Shown here: positions 49,687-59,650 of the stretch, piece after piece
Position numbering within the stretch: position 1 is the first letter of the stretch
How the letters are laid out: the number at the start of each line of letters is the position of its first letter
NCBI GenBank assembly: GCA_022561635.1
Contig: JADFQV010000004.1
Span: 1 to 59,650 of the forward strand
Source: Chloroflexota bacterium
GTDB lineage: Bacteria; Chloroflexota; Dehalococcoidia; SM23-28-2; RBG-16-64-32
Length of the DNA stretch: 59,650 nucleotides
Reading direction: 5' to 3'
Notes under the pieces: model-generated
What the model saw: the letters and a program-made list of their open reading frames with translations, nothing else
Database searches by the model: none
Told to the model about the DNA's origin: nothing
Made by a program: the position numbers and the translations under genes

Positions 49687-50976
49687 GTGATAGACCGCGT
49701 AGAACTGACATTGAAGGGTGGAGACGGTGGAAACGGGGTCGTCAGCTTCCGCCGCGAGAAGTTCGTACCCCGTGGCGGACCCGATGGCGGAGATGGTGGC
49801 GCCGGTGCTGACGTCGTCATCACCGCCAGCCGCTCTGTGCGCACGCTGAAGGAGCTCGGCCGTCGCCGCATCTACCGGGCGGACCGTGGGTCGCACGGCC
49901 AGGGGTCGGACAAGGCGGGCCGCCGTGGCAAGAAGCTCGAACTAAAGGTTCCCGTCGGCACGCTGATCACGATCATCGGCGATGACGGGGAGGAAAAGCC
50001 GCTGGGCGACCTGACCAGCGAAGGTCGCAGCGTGATCGCCGCGGCTGGGGGCATGGGGGGCTGGGGCAACGCCCGCTTCACCACCTCCGTTCACCGCGCG
50101 CCGCGCATCGCCCAGCGAGGTCAGCTGGGACAAGAGCGTCGTGTTCGGCTCGACCTCAAGCTGCTGGCGGACGTCGGCCTGGTTGGGCTGCCGAACGCTG
50201 GCAAGTCGACGCTTCTCGCCGCCATGTCGGCAGCCCGGCCGCGGGTCGGCGCCTACCCGTTCACGACGCTGGAGCCCAGCCTCGGCGTCGTCGACGTCGG
50301 CTGGCAGCGGTTCGTGGTCGCGGACATACCGGGCCTGATAGAGGGCGCGCACGAAGGCGCCGGCCTGGGCCTCGACTTCCTGCGTCACGTCGAGCGCACC
50401 CGTCTGCTCGTCCACCTGATCGATGGCGGCAACCAGGATCCGTGGGCCGACATGCTGGCGATCAACCGGGAGCTAAGCGAGTACGGCCAGGGGCTGCAAG
50501 GGAGGCAGCAGATCGTGGCGCTCAACAAGGTCGACATGGTGGAGGTCGCGGAGCGCCGGGGGGAACTGGAAGCGCTGTTCCGGAAGGGCGAGGTCGAGCC
50601 GGTGTTCATCTCGGCGGCCGGCGGCGAGGGTGTCGAGGATCTGGTCAAGGAGCTGGCGCACCGCCTCAAGGAGATGGACGAGGCAGAGGCGGCGCTCAAC
50701 GCCGCGAAGGCGGAAGAGGAGCCGCCACCACCGGTGGTGCGCCCCGACGGACGGCCCGGCAGCGTCACCATCGACCGCCAGGATGGCGCCTATCACGTGG
50801 CTGGGGAGCGCGCGGTCGCCTTCGCCGAGATGATGCCATTGGAGATCGAGGAGGGCCGGGCCGAACTGTGGCGACGCTTTGGCCTCTGGGGCGTCGTCGG
50901 CGCGCTCAAGCGTGCCGGCGCCAAGCGGGGAGACCGGATCGTCCTGGGCAGCGTCGAGCTGGAGCTGGAAGCGTGA
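49687..50976 (+). CDS. obgE: GTPase ObgE
   Basis: FRREKFVPRGGPDGGDGG, GLPNAGKST, YPFTT, DIPG, NKVD. Confidence 0.97.
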   Translation: MIDRVELTLKGGDGGNGVVSFRREKFVPRGGPDGGDGGAGADVVITASRSVRTLKELGRRRIYRADRGSHGQGSDKAGRRGKKLELKVPVGTLITIIGDDGEEKPLGDLTSEGRSVIAAAGGMGGWGNARFTTSVHRAPRIAQRGQLGQERRVRLDLKLLADVGLVGLPNAGKSTLLAAMSAARPRVGAYPFTTLEPSLGVVDVGWQRFVVADIPGLIEGAHEGAGLGLDFLRHVERTRLLVHLIDGGNQDPWADMLAINRELSEYGQGLQGRQQIVALNKVDMVEVAERRGELEALFRKGEVEPVFISAAGGEGVEDLVKELAHRLKEMDEAEAALNAAKAEEEPPPPVVRPDGRPGSVTIDRQDGAYHVAGERAVAFAEMMPLEIEEGRAELWRRFGLWGVVGALKRAGAKRGDRIVLGSVELELEA

Positions 50977-51566
50977 GGGTCGGCGTCCTCGGTGGCAGCT
51001 TCGACCCGATCCACGCCGGGCACCTGAGACTGGCGGAGACGGCGTACGAGCAGGCCGACCTGGCCCGGGTCGTCTTTGTCCCCGCCGGGTACCAGTGGCG
51101 CAAGGCCGATCAGCGGATGGCGCCGGCCGGCGAGCGCTGCGAAATGGTGCGTCTAGCGATCGCCGATAACGCTCACTTCGAGCTCGCTACGCTGGAAGTC
51201 GAGCGCGAGGGGCCGTCCTACTCGGACGTCACGCTCGAGGCGCTCAAGGAGGAGAGGCCGGGCGCCGAGCTCGTCTTCATCCTGGGCCGGGACGCACTGG
51301 CAGACCTGCCGAACTGGCACGCGCCTGAGAGGGTGCTGGAGCTGGCAACGCTGGCTGTGGCCGGTCGCGCCGGAGACGGCGGGCCAACGGCCTCTGAGAC
51401 GCTCCCCGGCGGACTGCGCGGGCGCGTCATCTGGCTCGACATGCCTCCGGTCGACGTCAGCGCGACGGACATCCGTGAGCGAGTGCGCGCAGGGCGCTCG
51501 CTGGAGGGCCTCGTCCCGCAGGCCGTCCGCGAGTACATCGCGGCCGAGAAGCTCTACCGCGACTAG
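50973..51566 (+). CDS. nadD: Nicotinate-nucleotide adenylyltransferase
   Basis: GGSFDPIHAGH, GPSYS, SATDIR; GTG overlaps the obgE stop. Confidence 0.94.
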   Translation: MRVGVLGGSFDPIHAGHLRLAETAYEQADLARVVFVPAGYQWRKADQRMAPAGERCEMVRLAIADNAHFELATLEVEREGPSYSDVTLEALKEERPGAELVFILGRDALADLPNWHAPERVLELATLAVAGRAGDGGPTASETLPGGLRGRVIWLDMPPVDVSATDIRERVRAGRSLEGLVPQAVREYIAAEKLYRD

Positions 51567-52003
51567 AGGACGAACGTCAGGCGCACCTGCGCGCCTTGCT
51601 CCGCCGCCCACTCGGCCATCGCCGCCAGCTCGCGCAGGCGCTCCGGCAACTCCGGCAGGGCCGACGTCTTCTCCTGCAGCTCTTCGTCCGAGTCGATCGC
51701 CGAGGCCACGGCCCGGGCGCACTCAGCCAGGCCTGCCCCGTCTTGCCAGAGTCGCCCCAGCAGTTCCTCCTCCACGGCGTTCTCTGCCGCCGCGTCGCCG
51801 AAGTTGAGCAGGGGACCCATGGGGACGCGCAGCCGGCGCTTGATAATACTCGAAGCCTTGGCCAGCGGGTGATCAGCGCCGTAGCGCTCGGAGTGCGCCA
51901 TCGAGATGAAGTAGACGATATCGCCGGAGTCGCCGAGGAACTCGACAGGTGGGTCGCCGGCGGTCGTTTCGAAGACGAGGACGGTCTGGGAAGGTTCAGG
52001 CAT
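51563..52003 (-). CDS. Hypothetical protein
   Basis: ATG 52003 overlaps the end of the upstream gene; plausible globular composition. Confidence 0.65.
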   Translation of the reverse strand: MPEPSQTVLVFETTAGDPPVEFLGDSGDIVYFISMAHSERYGADHPLAKASSIIKRRLRVPMGPLLNFGDAAAENAVEEELLGRLWQDGAGLAECARAVASAIDSDEELQEKTSALPELPERLRELAAMAEWAAEQGAQVRLTFVL

Positions 52004-52700
52004 CGGTTCGCCTGTAGGCGAGGGCGACGGCCGGGCGCTGGACGAACGACACGTCATAGCGTTCGTCGGCGGCGAGACGGCGCGCGTAGGACTTGATCTC
52101 CTCCGCCCAGGTGGGCCCGAGGACCTGTGACCAATCGACTGGCGACTGGCCCGTTACCGCGTGCTCCAGAAGAAACCAGTTCGACATGACCAACAGCCCG
52201 CCCGGCCGAACGAGGTCCGCAAGCCGGTCGTAGTACGAGGGTTGGGCGCCGAACCAGCCGTCGTCGTGGACGATGTCGTAGGTACTGTCGAGAGTGAGCA
52301 TGATGTCGTCCGCTTCGCCGGCCAGCGCCGAGATGCGATCGCCCATTCCGAAACGCTCCGCATAACGGCGGATCGCCTCGACATGCTCGGCGAAGCGGTC
52401 GATCGTCTCCACGAGCCCGCCGTCGCCGACGAAATCGGCGAACCAAAGGGCGCTGTAACCCAGCCCGCCGCCGATCTCGAGCACCCGCTTCGCGTTGGTG
52501 GCGCGGCCGATGGCGGCGAGCAGGCGCATCTTCAGAGCGCTCGAGGGATATACGCCGCACTCCTGCTCACCGCCGGCGAGGGTGGAGGCGTGCTCAACGC
52601 GGTGCGCTTCCGAGGCGTCTGCTACCTCGGCGAACGGATCTGCGCCCTGAATGCTGGACAAGAAGTCGTCGAGACGGGTCGGTTCGTCGTGGTCAGGCAC
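51996..52700 (-). CDS. O-methyltransferase family protein
   Basis: AKRVLEIGGGLGYSALW, LVRPGGLLV. Confidence 0.88.
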   Translation of the reverse strand: MPDHDEPTRLDDFLSSIQGADPFAEVADASEAHRVEHASTLAGGEQECGVYPSSALKMRLLAAIGRATNAKRVLEIGGGLGYSALWFADFVGDGGLVETIDRFAEHVEAIRRYAERFGMGDRISALAGEADDIMLTLDSTYDIVHDDGWFGAQPSYYDRLADLVRPGGLLVMSNWFLLEHAVTGQSPVDWSQVLGPTWAEEIKSYARRLAADERYDVSFVQRPAVALAYRRTDA

Positions 52701-52727
52701 GTGACCAGTATACGGACTGGTGAGGCG

Positions 52728-54677
<1,950 letters not shown>

Positions 54678-54936
54678 TTACAAGTACATTTTACCATATT
54701 TCGGCCTCTTCCGGTACCTAAAACCGCCTTGCCGACGGTCGTTAATCGGCGACGCCTCCGAACCTGCGGGGACTCACGTCTGGAGCAGATCGGGGCGCTT
54801 AGCCGCAGGCTCGCCTGTATTCGCTTCAACCACTACGATTGGACGTAAGACGCCCCGAGCCTGAGAGTGTCGCTGGCCAGACGTCGGTGCTAACGTTAAG
54901 GCTCTTGGTGAAAGTGCACGCAAGGAGGTAGCCCAC

Positions 54937-55221
54937 GTGCTGATTGTGAGTGACAGGGCGCTGGTCATGATGGCCAACGCGCTGGAGACCGGCCAGTTGC
55001 CCGAAGAGCAGGTCCTGCGGCTGGCGATGGGCGAGGACGGCGAGTTTGGCTTCGTTCTCGACGAGGCGCGTGACGGTGATGAGATCATCTCCCGCAACGA
55101 AAAGCCAGTACTTTACATCGACTTCGATACGGCGACGTCGCTTACTGGCGCCAAGCTGGACCTAGCGGAAGGCACGAGTTCGGCACGACTGGCGCTCAGG
55201 TTGCCTGAGCCAGACCTCTAG
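54937..55221 (+). CDS. Small HesB/IscA-fold-like protein without cysteines
   Basis: AAGGAGG RBS; MLIVSDRA...LRL...GDEII...PVLYID...L.GAKLD pattern. Confidence 0.6.
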   Translation: MLIVSDRALVMMANALETGQLPEEQVLRLAMGEDGEFGFVLDEARDGDEIISRNEKPVLYIDFDTATSLTGAKLDLAEGTSSARLALRLPEPDL

Positions 55222-55754
55222 CGAGGGGGCAACGTGATTCGGTACCGCAGGCCGAGCGGCCGTTTGTCTCCCCGCTGCTTTCGCTGCTCGGACCCGTCTA
55301 ACTGCCAGCCGGCGTTTTCGTAGAAGCGGCGCGCACGCTCGTTGTCGGCATAGACCCACAGCGTCGCCTCCGCGAAACCTTGGTCGGCGGCACTGGAAAT
55401 TGCCTGCGCGAGCAGGCTGCTGCCGCTGCCGACGCCCTCGCCGAGCCGATCCGGAGAAACGTACAGCCAGCCGACCTCAGCCGTATCCGCCGCCGCGTCC
55501 GGCTCATCGCTGCGCGACGTCGTGCAGAAGCCGACGATGCTGCCCGACTTGGCGGCGACCCAGATCGCCCCGTCCTGTCTCAGCGACTCGACCCTCCAGC
55601 GCCAGAACGTCTCGTGCGCGCCCGTCGAGAGCGCATCGAGCCAGTCGTCGGGCAGGATGCCGCGGTAGGCGCCACGCGAACTGGCGACGTGGACGGCGGC
55701 GATCGATGGTGCGTCTTCAGGTCGCGCTCCCCTGATCTCGATTCGTTCAGTCAC
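55218..55754 (-). CDS. GNAT acetyltransferase
   Basis: LYVSPDRLGEGVG, LWVYADNERARRFYE. Confidence 0.88.
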   Translation of the reverse strand: MTERIEIRGARPEDAPSIAAVHVASSRGAYRGILPDDWLDALSTGAHETFWRWRVESLRQDGAIWVAAKSGSIVGFCTTSRSDEPDAAADTAEVGWLYVSPDRLGEGVGSGSSLLAQAISSAADQGFAEATLWVYADNERARRFYENAGWQLDGSEQRKQRGDKRPLGLRYRITLPPR

Positions 55755-55757
55755 GGC

Positions 55758-56297
55758 TCAGTCCGTCCCGTCGCCAGCCAACCCGCGTATCATCGCCACC
55801 TGGTACCGCTCCCAGGCGTATCGACGGCTGGGCGCGTCGATGAAGCCCGGCGGTACCCACGTTTCGCCGCCGCCGTCAGTCGCTCCTAGCCGCTCGTAGA
55901 ACGCCCGCGCCCGCTTGTTCTGTTCGAGCACCGAGAGATAGAGGCCGCTCTCCGGGTACTTTGCGATGCACCAGTCGGCAGCTCTCGCCATCAGACTCCT
56001 GCCCAGACCGCGCCCCTGCCATGCGCTCCTCACGTGAAGGTTGTCGAGCAGCGTACCCCAGCGCGAGTCGTCCGCGCCGTAGGCGCAAACGAAGGCAGCG
56101 AACCGACGGTCTTCCTCCGCCACGACCACGAATTGATTGGCGGGCGGCGCTGACAGGCGTTCGTGCCAGACGGCTTTGCGCTCGTCGAGTATCGGACCGG
56201 GACTGTACTCATCGCGCGGGACTAGCCAGCTTCCGGCGTGAAGGGCGGCTATTGAAGTAGCGTCTGCGATCTGTGCGGCCCGGAATTCTAGCGTCAC
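55758..56297 (-). CDS. GNAT acetyltransferase
   Basis: LHVRSAWQGRGLG, VLEQNKRARAFYE. Confidence 0.88.
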   Translation of the reverse strand: MTLEFRAAQIADATSIAALHAGSWLVPRDEYSPGPILDERKAVWHERLSAPPANQFVVVAEEDRRFAAFVCAYGADDSRWGTLLDNLHVRSAWQGRGLGRSLMARAADWCIAKYPESGLYLSVLEQNKRARAFYERLGATDGGGETWVPPGFIDAPSRRYAWERYQVAMIRGLAGDGTD

Positions 56298-56303
56298 ACT
56301 GGC

Positions 56304-57320
56304 TTAGATCAGGTCGCGGGCGATCATCTCTTCGGCGATCTGGATGGCGTTCAGCGCCGCGCCCTTGCGCAGGTTGTCGCTGACGAGCCAGAAGGCGATA
56401 CCCATCGGGTGCGAGGCGTCCTGTCTTATGCGGCCCACGAACGTCTCGTCGCGGCCGGCGACGGCCCACGGCGTCGGGTAGATGCTGACCGACGGCTCGT
56501 CCTGGACGTAGATGCCGGGGGTTCCCTTGATCGTGTCGTGGAAGTCCTCGGGGGAGATCGGCCTGGCGAACTCGGCGTGCACGGCCTCTGAGTGCCCGGT
56601 GAAAACGGGCGTGCGCACACAAGTAGCGGAGACGGCAAGCTCCGGCGCGTGCATGATCTTGCGCGTCTCGTTGATGATCTTCCACTCTTCCTTCGTGTAG
56701 CCGCTGCCGAGAAAGACGTCGATCTGCGGCAGGAGGTTGAAGGCGATCTGATGCGGGTAGACGTGCGGCCGTGTGTCGTTGCCGTCGAGCACCTGGCGCG
56801 TCTGCTCGGTCAGCTCGGCGACGGCTGCGGCGCCGGTCCCCGACACCGACTGATACGTGTCGACGATTACGCGCACGAGTTCGTACTTCTGGTGCACCGG
56901 CCACAGCACATGGCAGAGCGGCGTAGTGGGGCAGTTGGGGATGGAGACGATGCCCTTGTGATCCTCGAGGTCGTCGGCGTTAACCTCCGGTACGACGAGC
57001 GGAACGTCCTCTTCCATGCGCCAGGCCGAGCTGTCGTCGATGCAGACGGCGCCGGCCTTGACCGCCGGCGGGATCAGCGTCTTCGAGACCTCAGTCGTCG
57101 CCGAGAAGAAGGCCAGGTCGACGGACTCGAACGACTTGGGCGTCGCCTCCTCAACCTCGATCTCCCACTCGCCGTAGGTGATCTTCTTGCCAACGGAGCG
57201 GTGCGACGCAAGAAGGCGCAGCCCCTTGATGGGGAAGGCCCTCTCTGCGGCGATCTTGAGGAACTCGCGGCCGACCAGGCCGGTGGCTCCCACGACGGCT
57301 ACGTTCAGAGGTGCTGGCAT
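56304..57320 (-). CDS. asd: Aspartate-semialdehyde dehydrogenase
   Basis: VGATGLVG, SSAWRM, PNC, YQSVSGTG, GHSE, DNLRKGAALNA; ATG at 57320. Confidence 0.96.
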   Translation of the reverse strand: MPAPLNVAVVGATGLVGREFLKIAAERAFPIKGLRLLASHRSVGKKITYGEWEIEVEEATPKSFESVDLAFFSATTEVSKTLIPPAVKAGAVCIDDSSAWRMEEDVPLVVPEVNADDLEDHKGIVSIPNCPTTPLCHVLWPVHQKYELVRVIVDTYQSVSGTGAAAVAELTEQTRQVLDGNDTRPHVYPHQIAFNLLPQIDVFLGSGYTKEEWKIINETRKIMHAPELAVSATCVRTPVFTGHSEAVHAEFARPISPEDFHDTIKGTPGIYVQDEPSVSIYPTPWAVAGRDETFVGRIRQDASHPMGIAFWLVSDNLRKGAALNAIQIAEEMIARDLI

Positions 57321-57403
57321 GGTGGAGTAATGGTAGCGAATCCACCGTTGGTGGGGCAATGGCCGAGCCGGCCTGCATCTGCGGATTTCGGCCCCGCGCG
57401 CTC

Positions 57404-58558
57404 TCAGAACCAGCGCCAGAGCCAGTTGCGCTCGAAGCCGACCTTGGCCCAGTGCCACATCCGGCTGGGGCCGCGCATGACGACGTCCGGCTCCGGCTCG
57501 TTGAAGAAGCGGCCCGTGATGTAGGTGCCGCGGCCGCCGCCTGTCTCCATGAAGCAGGCACCCTGGCCGCCGAAGTCCCAGAGCGGTTGGTTGCCGGCGA
57601 TCTCGGCGGCGATATTGCGCGCGACGACCTCGGCCTGGCCGTGCGCGAAAACGCCCGCCTTGGGCAGCTGCGTCCCGTTCGCCAGCGGGATCACCGTCGT
57701 GTCGCCGATCGCGTAGACATCGGGCGCGGCCGTCGCCAGGGTCTTGCGGTCGACGGCCACCCAGTCGCCACCGTTGACGAGCGCAGAACCCTTGAGCACG
57801 TTCGGCAGCCGGTGTACAGGCGTGGCGATAAGCATGTCGAAGCCGGCCTCTGAGCCGTCGCTGAAGTGGAGCTGCCCCTGTTCGTGGTCTACGGACTTCA
57901 GCGTGACGCCGCCAGTGAAGCCGATATCGCGCTCGTGGAGCAGGTCGAGCACGCGCCCGCCGATCTCTGGGCCGGTCGCTTTCAGCGGCACCTGCTCCGG
58001 TGAGTAGAGGTGCAGCTCGACTTCGCCGCGGATCTTGCGCTTGCGAAAGAAGTGCTCCAGGAGCATCGCTCCTTCGTATGGCGCCGGCGGGCAACGGTAC
58101 GGTAGTGCCGTCACGCAGACGGCTACGCGGCCGCCGCTGAGCTTCGGCAACTCCTCACGCAGGCCCTCCGAGCCTTCCGCGTGGTAGAAAGTCCACGCGC
58201 GGTTCAGGCCCGGCACCTCCTCCGAGGAGTAGTCGACGCCGAGGCTGATGACGAGGTAGTCGTACGGCAGCTCTTCGCCGTTCTGCGCCTGCACGCGCTT
58301 GTTTTCGAAGTCGAGGCCGGTGATCTCGGCTGCCTTGAACTCGATCCCCTTCCGCTCCAGCTTGCGCAAGTCTCGCGAGAGGCGCTCCACCCGGCGCTGG
58401 CCCAGCATCACCCAGGCGAACGAAGGCGCGAACGTGAAGATCGGCGAACGATCGACGAGAACGACGCGGTGCTCCTTGTCGAGCATCCTTCGCAGGCGGC
58501 TGGCGGCGACGAGGCCGCCGACCCCGGCGCCCAGGACGAGGACGGTCTTACCCGGCAT
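57404..58558 (-). CDS. Sulfide:quinone oxidoreductase / FCSD-like flavoprotein
   Basis: GAGVGG, YRCPPAPYE, YAIGD, LPKAGVFA, GACFMETG, C-terminal WAKVGFERNWL. Confidence 0.8.
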   Translation of the reverse strand: MPGKTVLVLGAGVGGLVAASRLRRMLDKEHRVVLVDRSPIFTFAPSFAWVMLGQRRVERLSRDLRKLERKGIEFKAAEITGLDFENKRVQAQNGEELPYDYLVISLGVDYSSEEVPGLNRAWTFYHAEGSEGLREELPKLSGGRVAVCVTALPYRCPPAPYEGAMLLEHFFRKRKIRGEVELHLYSPEQVPLKATGPEIGGRVLDLLHERDIGFTGGVTLKSVDHEQGQLHFSDGSEAGFDMLIATPVHRLPNVLKGSALVNGGDWVAVDRKTLATAAPDVYAIGDTTVIPLANGTQLPKAGVFAHGQAEVVARNIAAEIAGNQPLWDFGGQGACFMETGGGRGTYITGRFFNEPEPDVVMRGPSRMWHWAKVGFERNWLWRWF

Positions 58559-59378
58559 CGGCTGCGGAGTGGGGCCCCTCGGATTCGAAGCCGAACAACC
58601 CTTCGAGGCCGACAACGAGCGACTTCAGGTTCATTACTTCGCGCACCGCCAGTAAGACGCCGGGCATGAACGAGGCCCGGTCCGACGTGTCATGCCGGAT
58701 GCGGAGGGTCTCGCCCGTCCCACCGAATATCACTTCCTGGTGGGCGACGAGGCCCGGCAGGCGAACGCTGTGAATCGCGACGCCGTCGACGACGCCGCCT
58801 CGCGTACCCTGGATCGTCTCTCGCTTTGTCTCCGTTGCGCTCATTGGCTTGCCGTGAGCGTCGACGATCGCCTTGGCCGTCGCCAGCGAAGTGCCGGACG
58901 GGGCGTCGACTTTGCCGTCGTGGTGCTGCTCGACGATCTCAACGTGGTCGTAGAAGCGCGCGGCCATGCGCGACATCTGCTGCATGAGGATGGCCCCGAT
59001 CGCGAAGTTCGAGGCGACGACCGAGCCCAACTCTTGCTTGGCGCACTCTTTGCCCAGGTGTGAGACGAAGCTTTCGCTCAGTCCGCTTGTGCCCGAGACG
59101 AGGCGCACGCTGCCCTCCAGTGCCGCTTCCGCGAGCTTGGGCGTCCACTCGGCGCTCGTGAAGTCCACGATTACGTCGGGGCGGGTGCGGGTGATGAGGG
59201 CGGATGGGTCACGCTCGAACGGCACCAGTACCCCATCCTCACCGGGCAACGAGATGTACTCCTCGGTGGAGAGCAGGTCGACGACGCCGACCGGCTCCAT
59301 GTCGTTCTGGGCCGAAACGGCGTGCAGGACCTCACGGCCCATCTTGCCGCTGCCGCTGATCAGGACTTTGATCGTCAT
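58548..59378 (-). CDS. dapB: 4-hydroxy-tetrahydrodipicolinate reductase
   Basis: GKMG, DFT, NFAIG, EQHHDGKVDAPSGT, HSVRLPG. Confidence 0.96.
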   Translation of the reverse strand: MTIKVLISGSGKMGREVLHAVSAQNDMEPVGVVDLLSTEEYISLPGEDGVLVPFERDPSALITRTRPDVIVDFTSAEWTPKLAEAALEGSVRLVSGTSGLSESFVSHLGKECAKQELGSVVASNFAIGAILMQQMSRMAARFYDHVEIVEQHHDGKVDAPSGTSLATAKAIVDAHGKPMSATETKRETIQGTRGGVVDGVAIHSVRLPGLVAHQEVIFGGTGETLRIRHDTSDRASFMPGVLLAVREVMNLKSLVVGLEGLFGFESEGPHSAADAG

Positions 59379-59441
59379 GTGACACCGCCGGGCAGGGCGT
59401 GATCCGCGTTTAGCGGAGATGCCTGCCGAAGCGGGTACAGT

Positions 59442-59650
59442 CTACCAGCGTTTCATCGGTGCTGGGGGAGGAGGAGGCGGAGGGGTGCCCGGCTCGCGCC
59501 GGAATCCACCGTTGGGGCCGTCGTCGCCGCTGCCACCACCACTGCCACTGCTGCCGCTGCCGCCACTGCCGCCACCGCCACCGCTGCTGCGATAGGGGCT
59601 GCCACCGCTGCGCTGGCCGCCGCCGCCACCACCGCCGCTGCGCTGGCCGC
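59442..59650 (-). CDS. Gly/Ser/Pro-rich C-terminal tail of a gene truncated by the window edge (possibly pnp)
   Basis: GQRSGGGGGGGQRSGGSPYRSSGGG...PPPPPPPAPMKRW then stop; pnp is inferred only from recalled pnp-dapB synteny. Confidence 0.55.
   Translation of the reverse strand, partial: GQRSGGGGGGGQRSGGSPYRSSGGGGGSGGSGSSGSGGGSGDDGPNGGFRREPGTPPPPPPPAPMKRW

Noticed and set aside
57338-59515. Exact 14-mer GAATCCACCGTTGG at 57338-57351 and 59502-59515
   Set aside because: One copy lies inside coding sequence, there is no integrase or transposase, and the enclosed genes include core dapB; likely chance, though not excluded as a promoter-proximal motif

Overview
GC-rich chromosomal segment with no mobile elements, most likely from a Chloroflexota (Dehalococcoidia-like) bacterium. 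The taxon is inferred from the dnaA-obgE-nadD-gyrB and dapB-asd neighbourhoods. The window spans the probable replication origin (~49.45-49.68 kb). The first 12.6 kb is a minus-strand sulfur island: sir-cysH-sat plus a Na/Pi-cotransporter-like gene; Rrf2-cysK-[Ubl::E1 fusion]-Ubl-cysM-orf-JAMM protease; and a SAM-I riboswitch operon thrC-like-NIL-Ubl. Most notably, all three ubiquitin-like sulfur carriers have a masked C-terminal Gly-Gly (GG-S, GG-A, GG-A-E1). This suggests one JAMM/E1 pair feeds two PLP enzymes, one for cysteine and probably one for homocysteine. The cys promoter carries an Rrf2-type operator shared with sir and a perfect CsoR-type palindrome resembling the one at the csoR-copA operon. 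The rest holds resAB/lgt, murT/gatD, a copper operon, katG, xdhC genes, a P450, a candidate orphan structured RNA, coaBC/coaX, dap genes, an SQR-like flavoprotein and two gene remnants. All calls come from motif recognition by eye; no searches were run.
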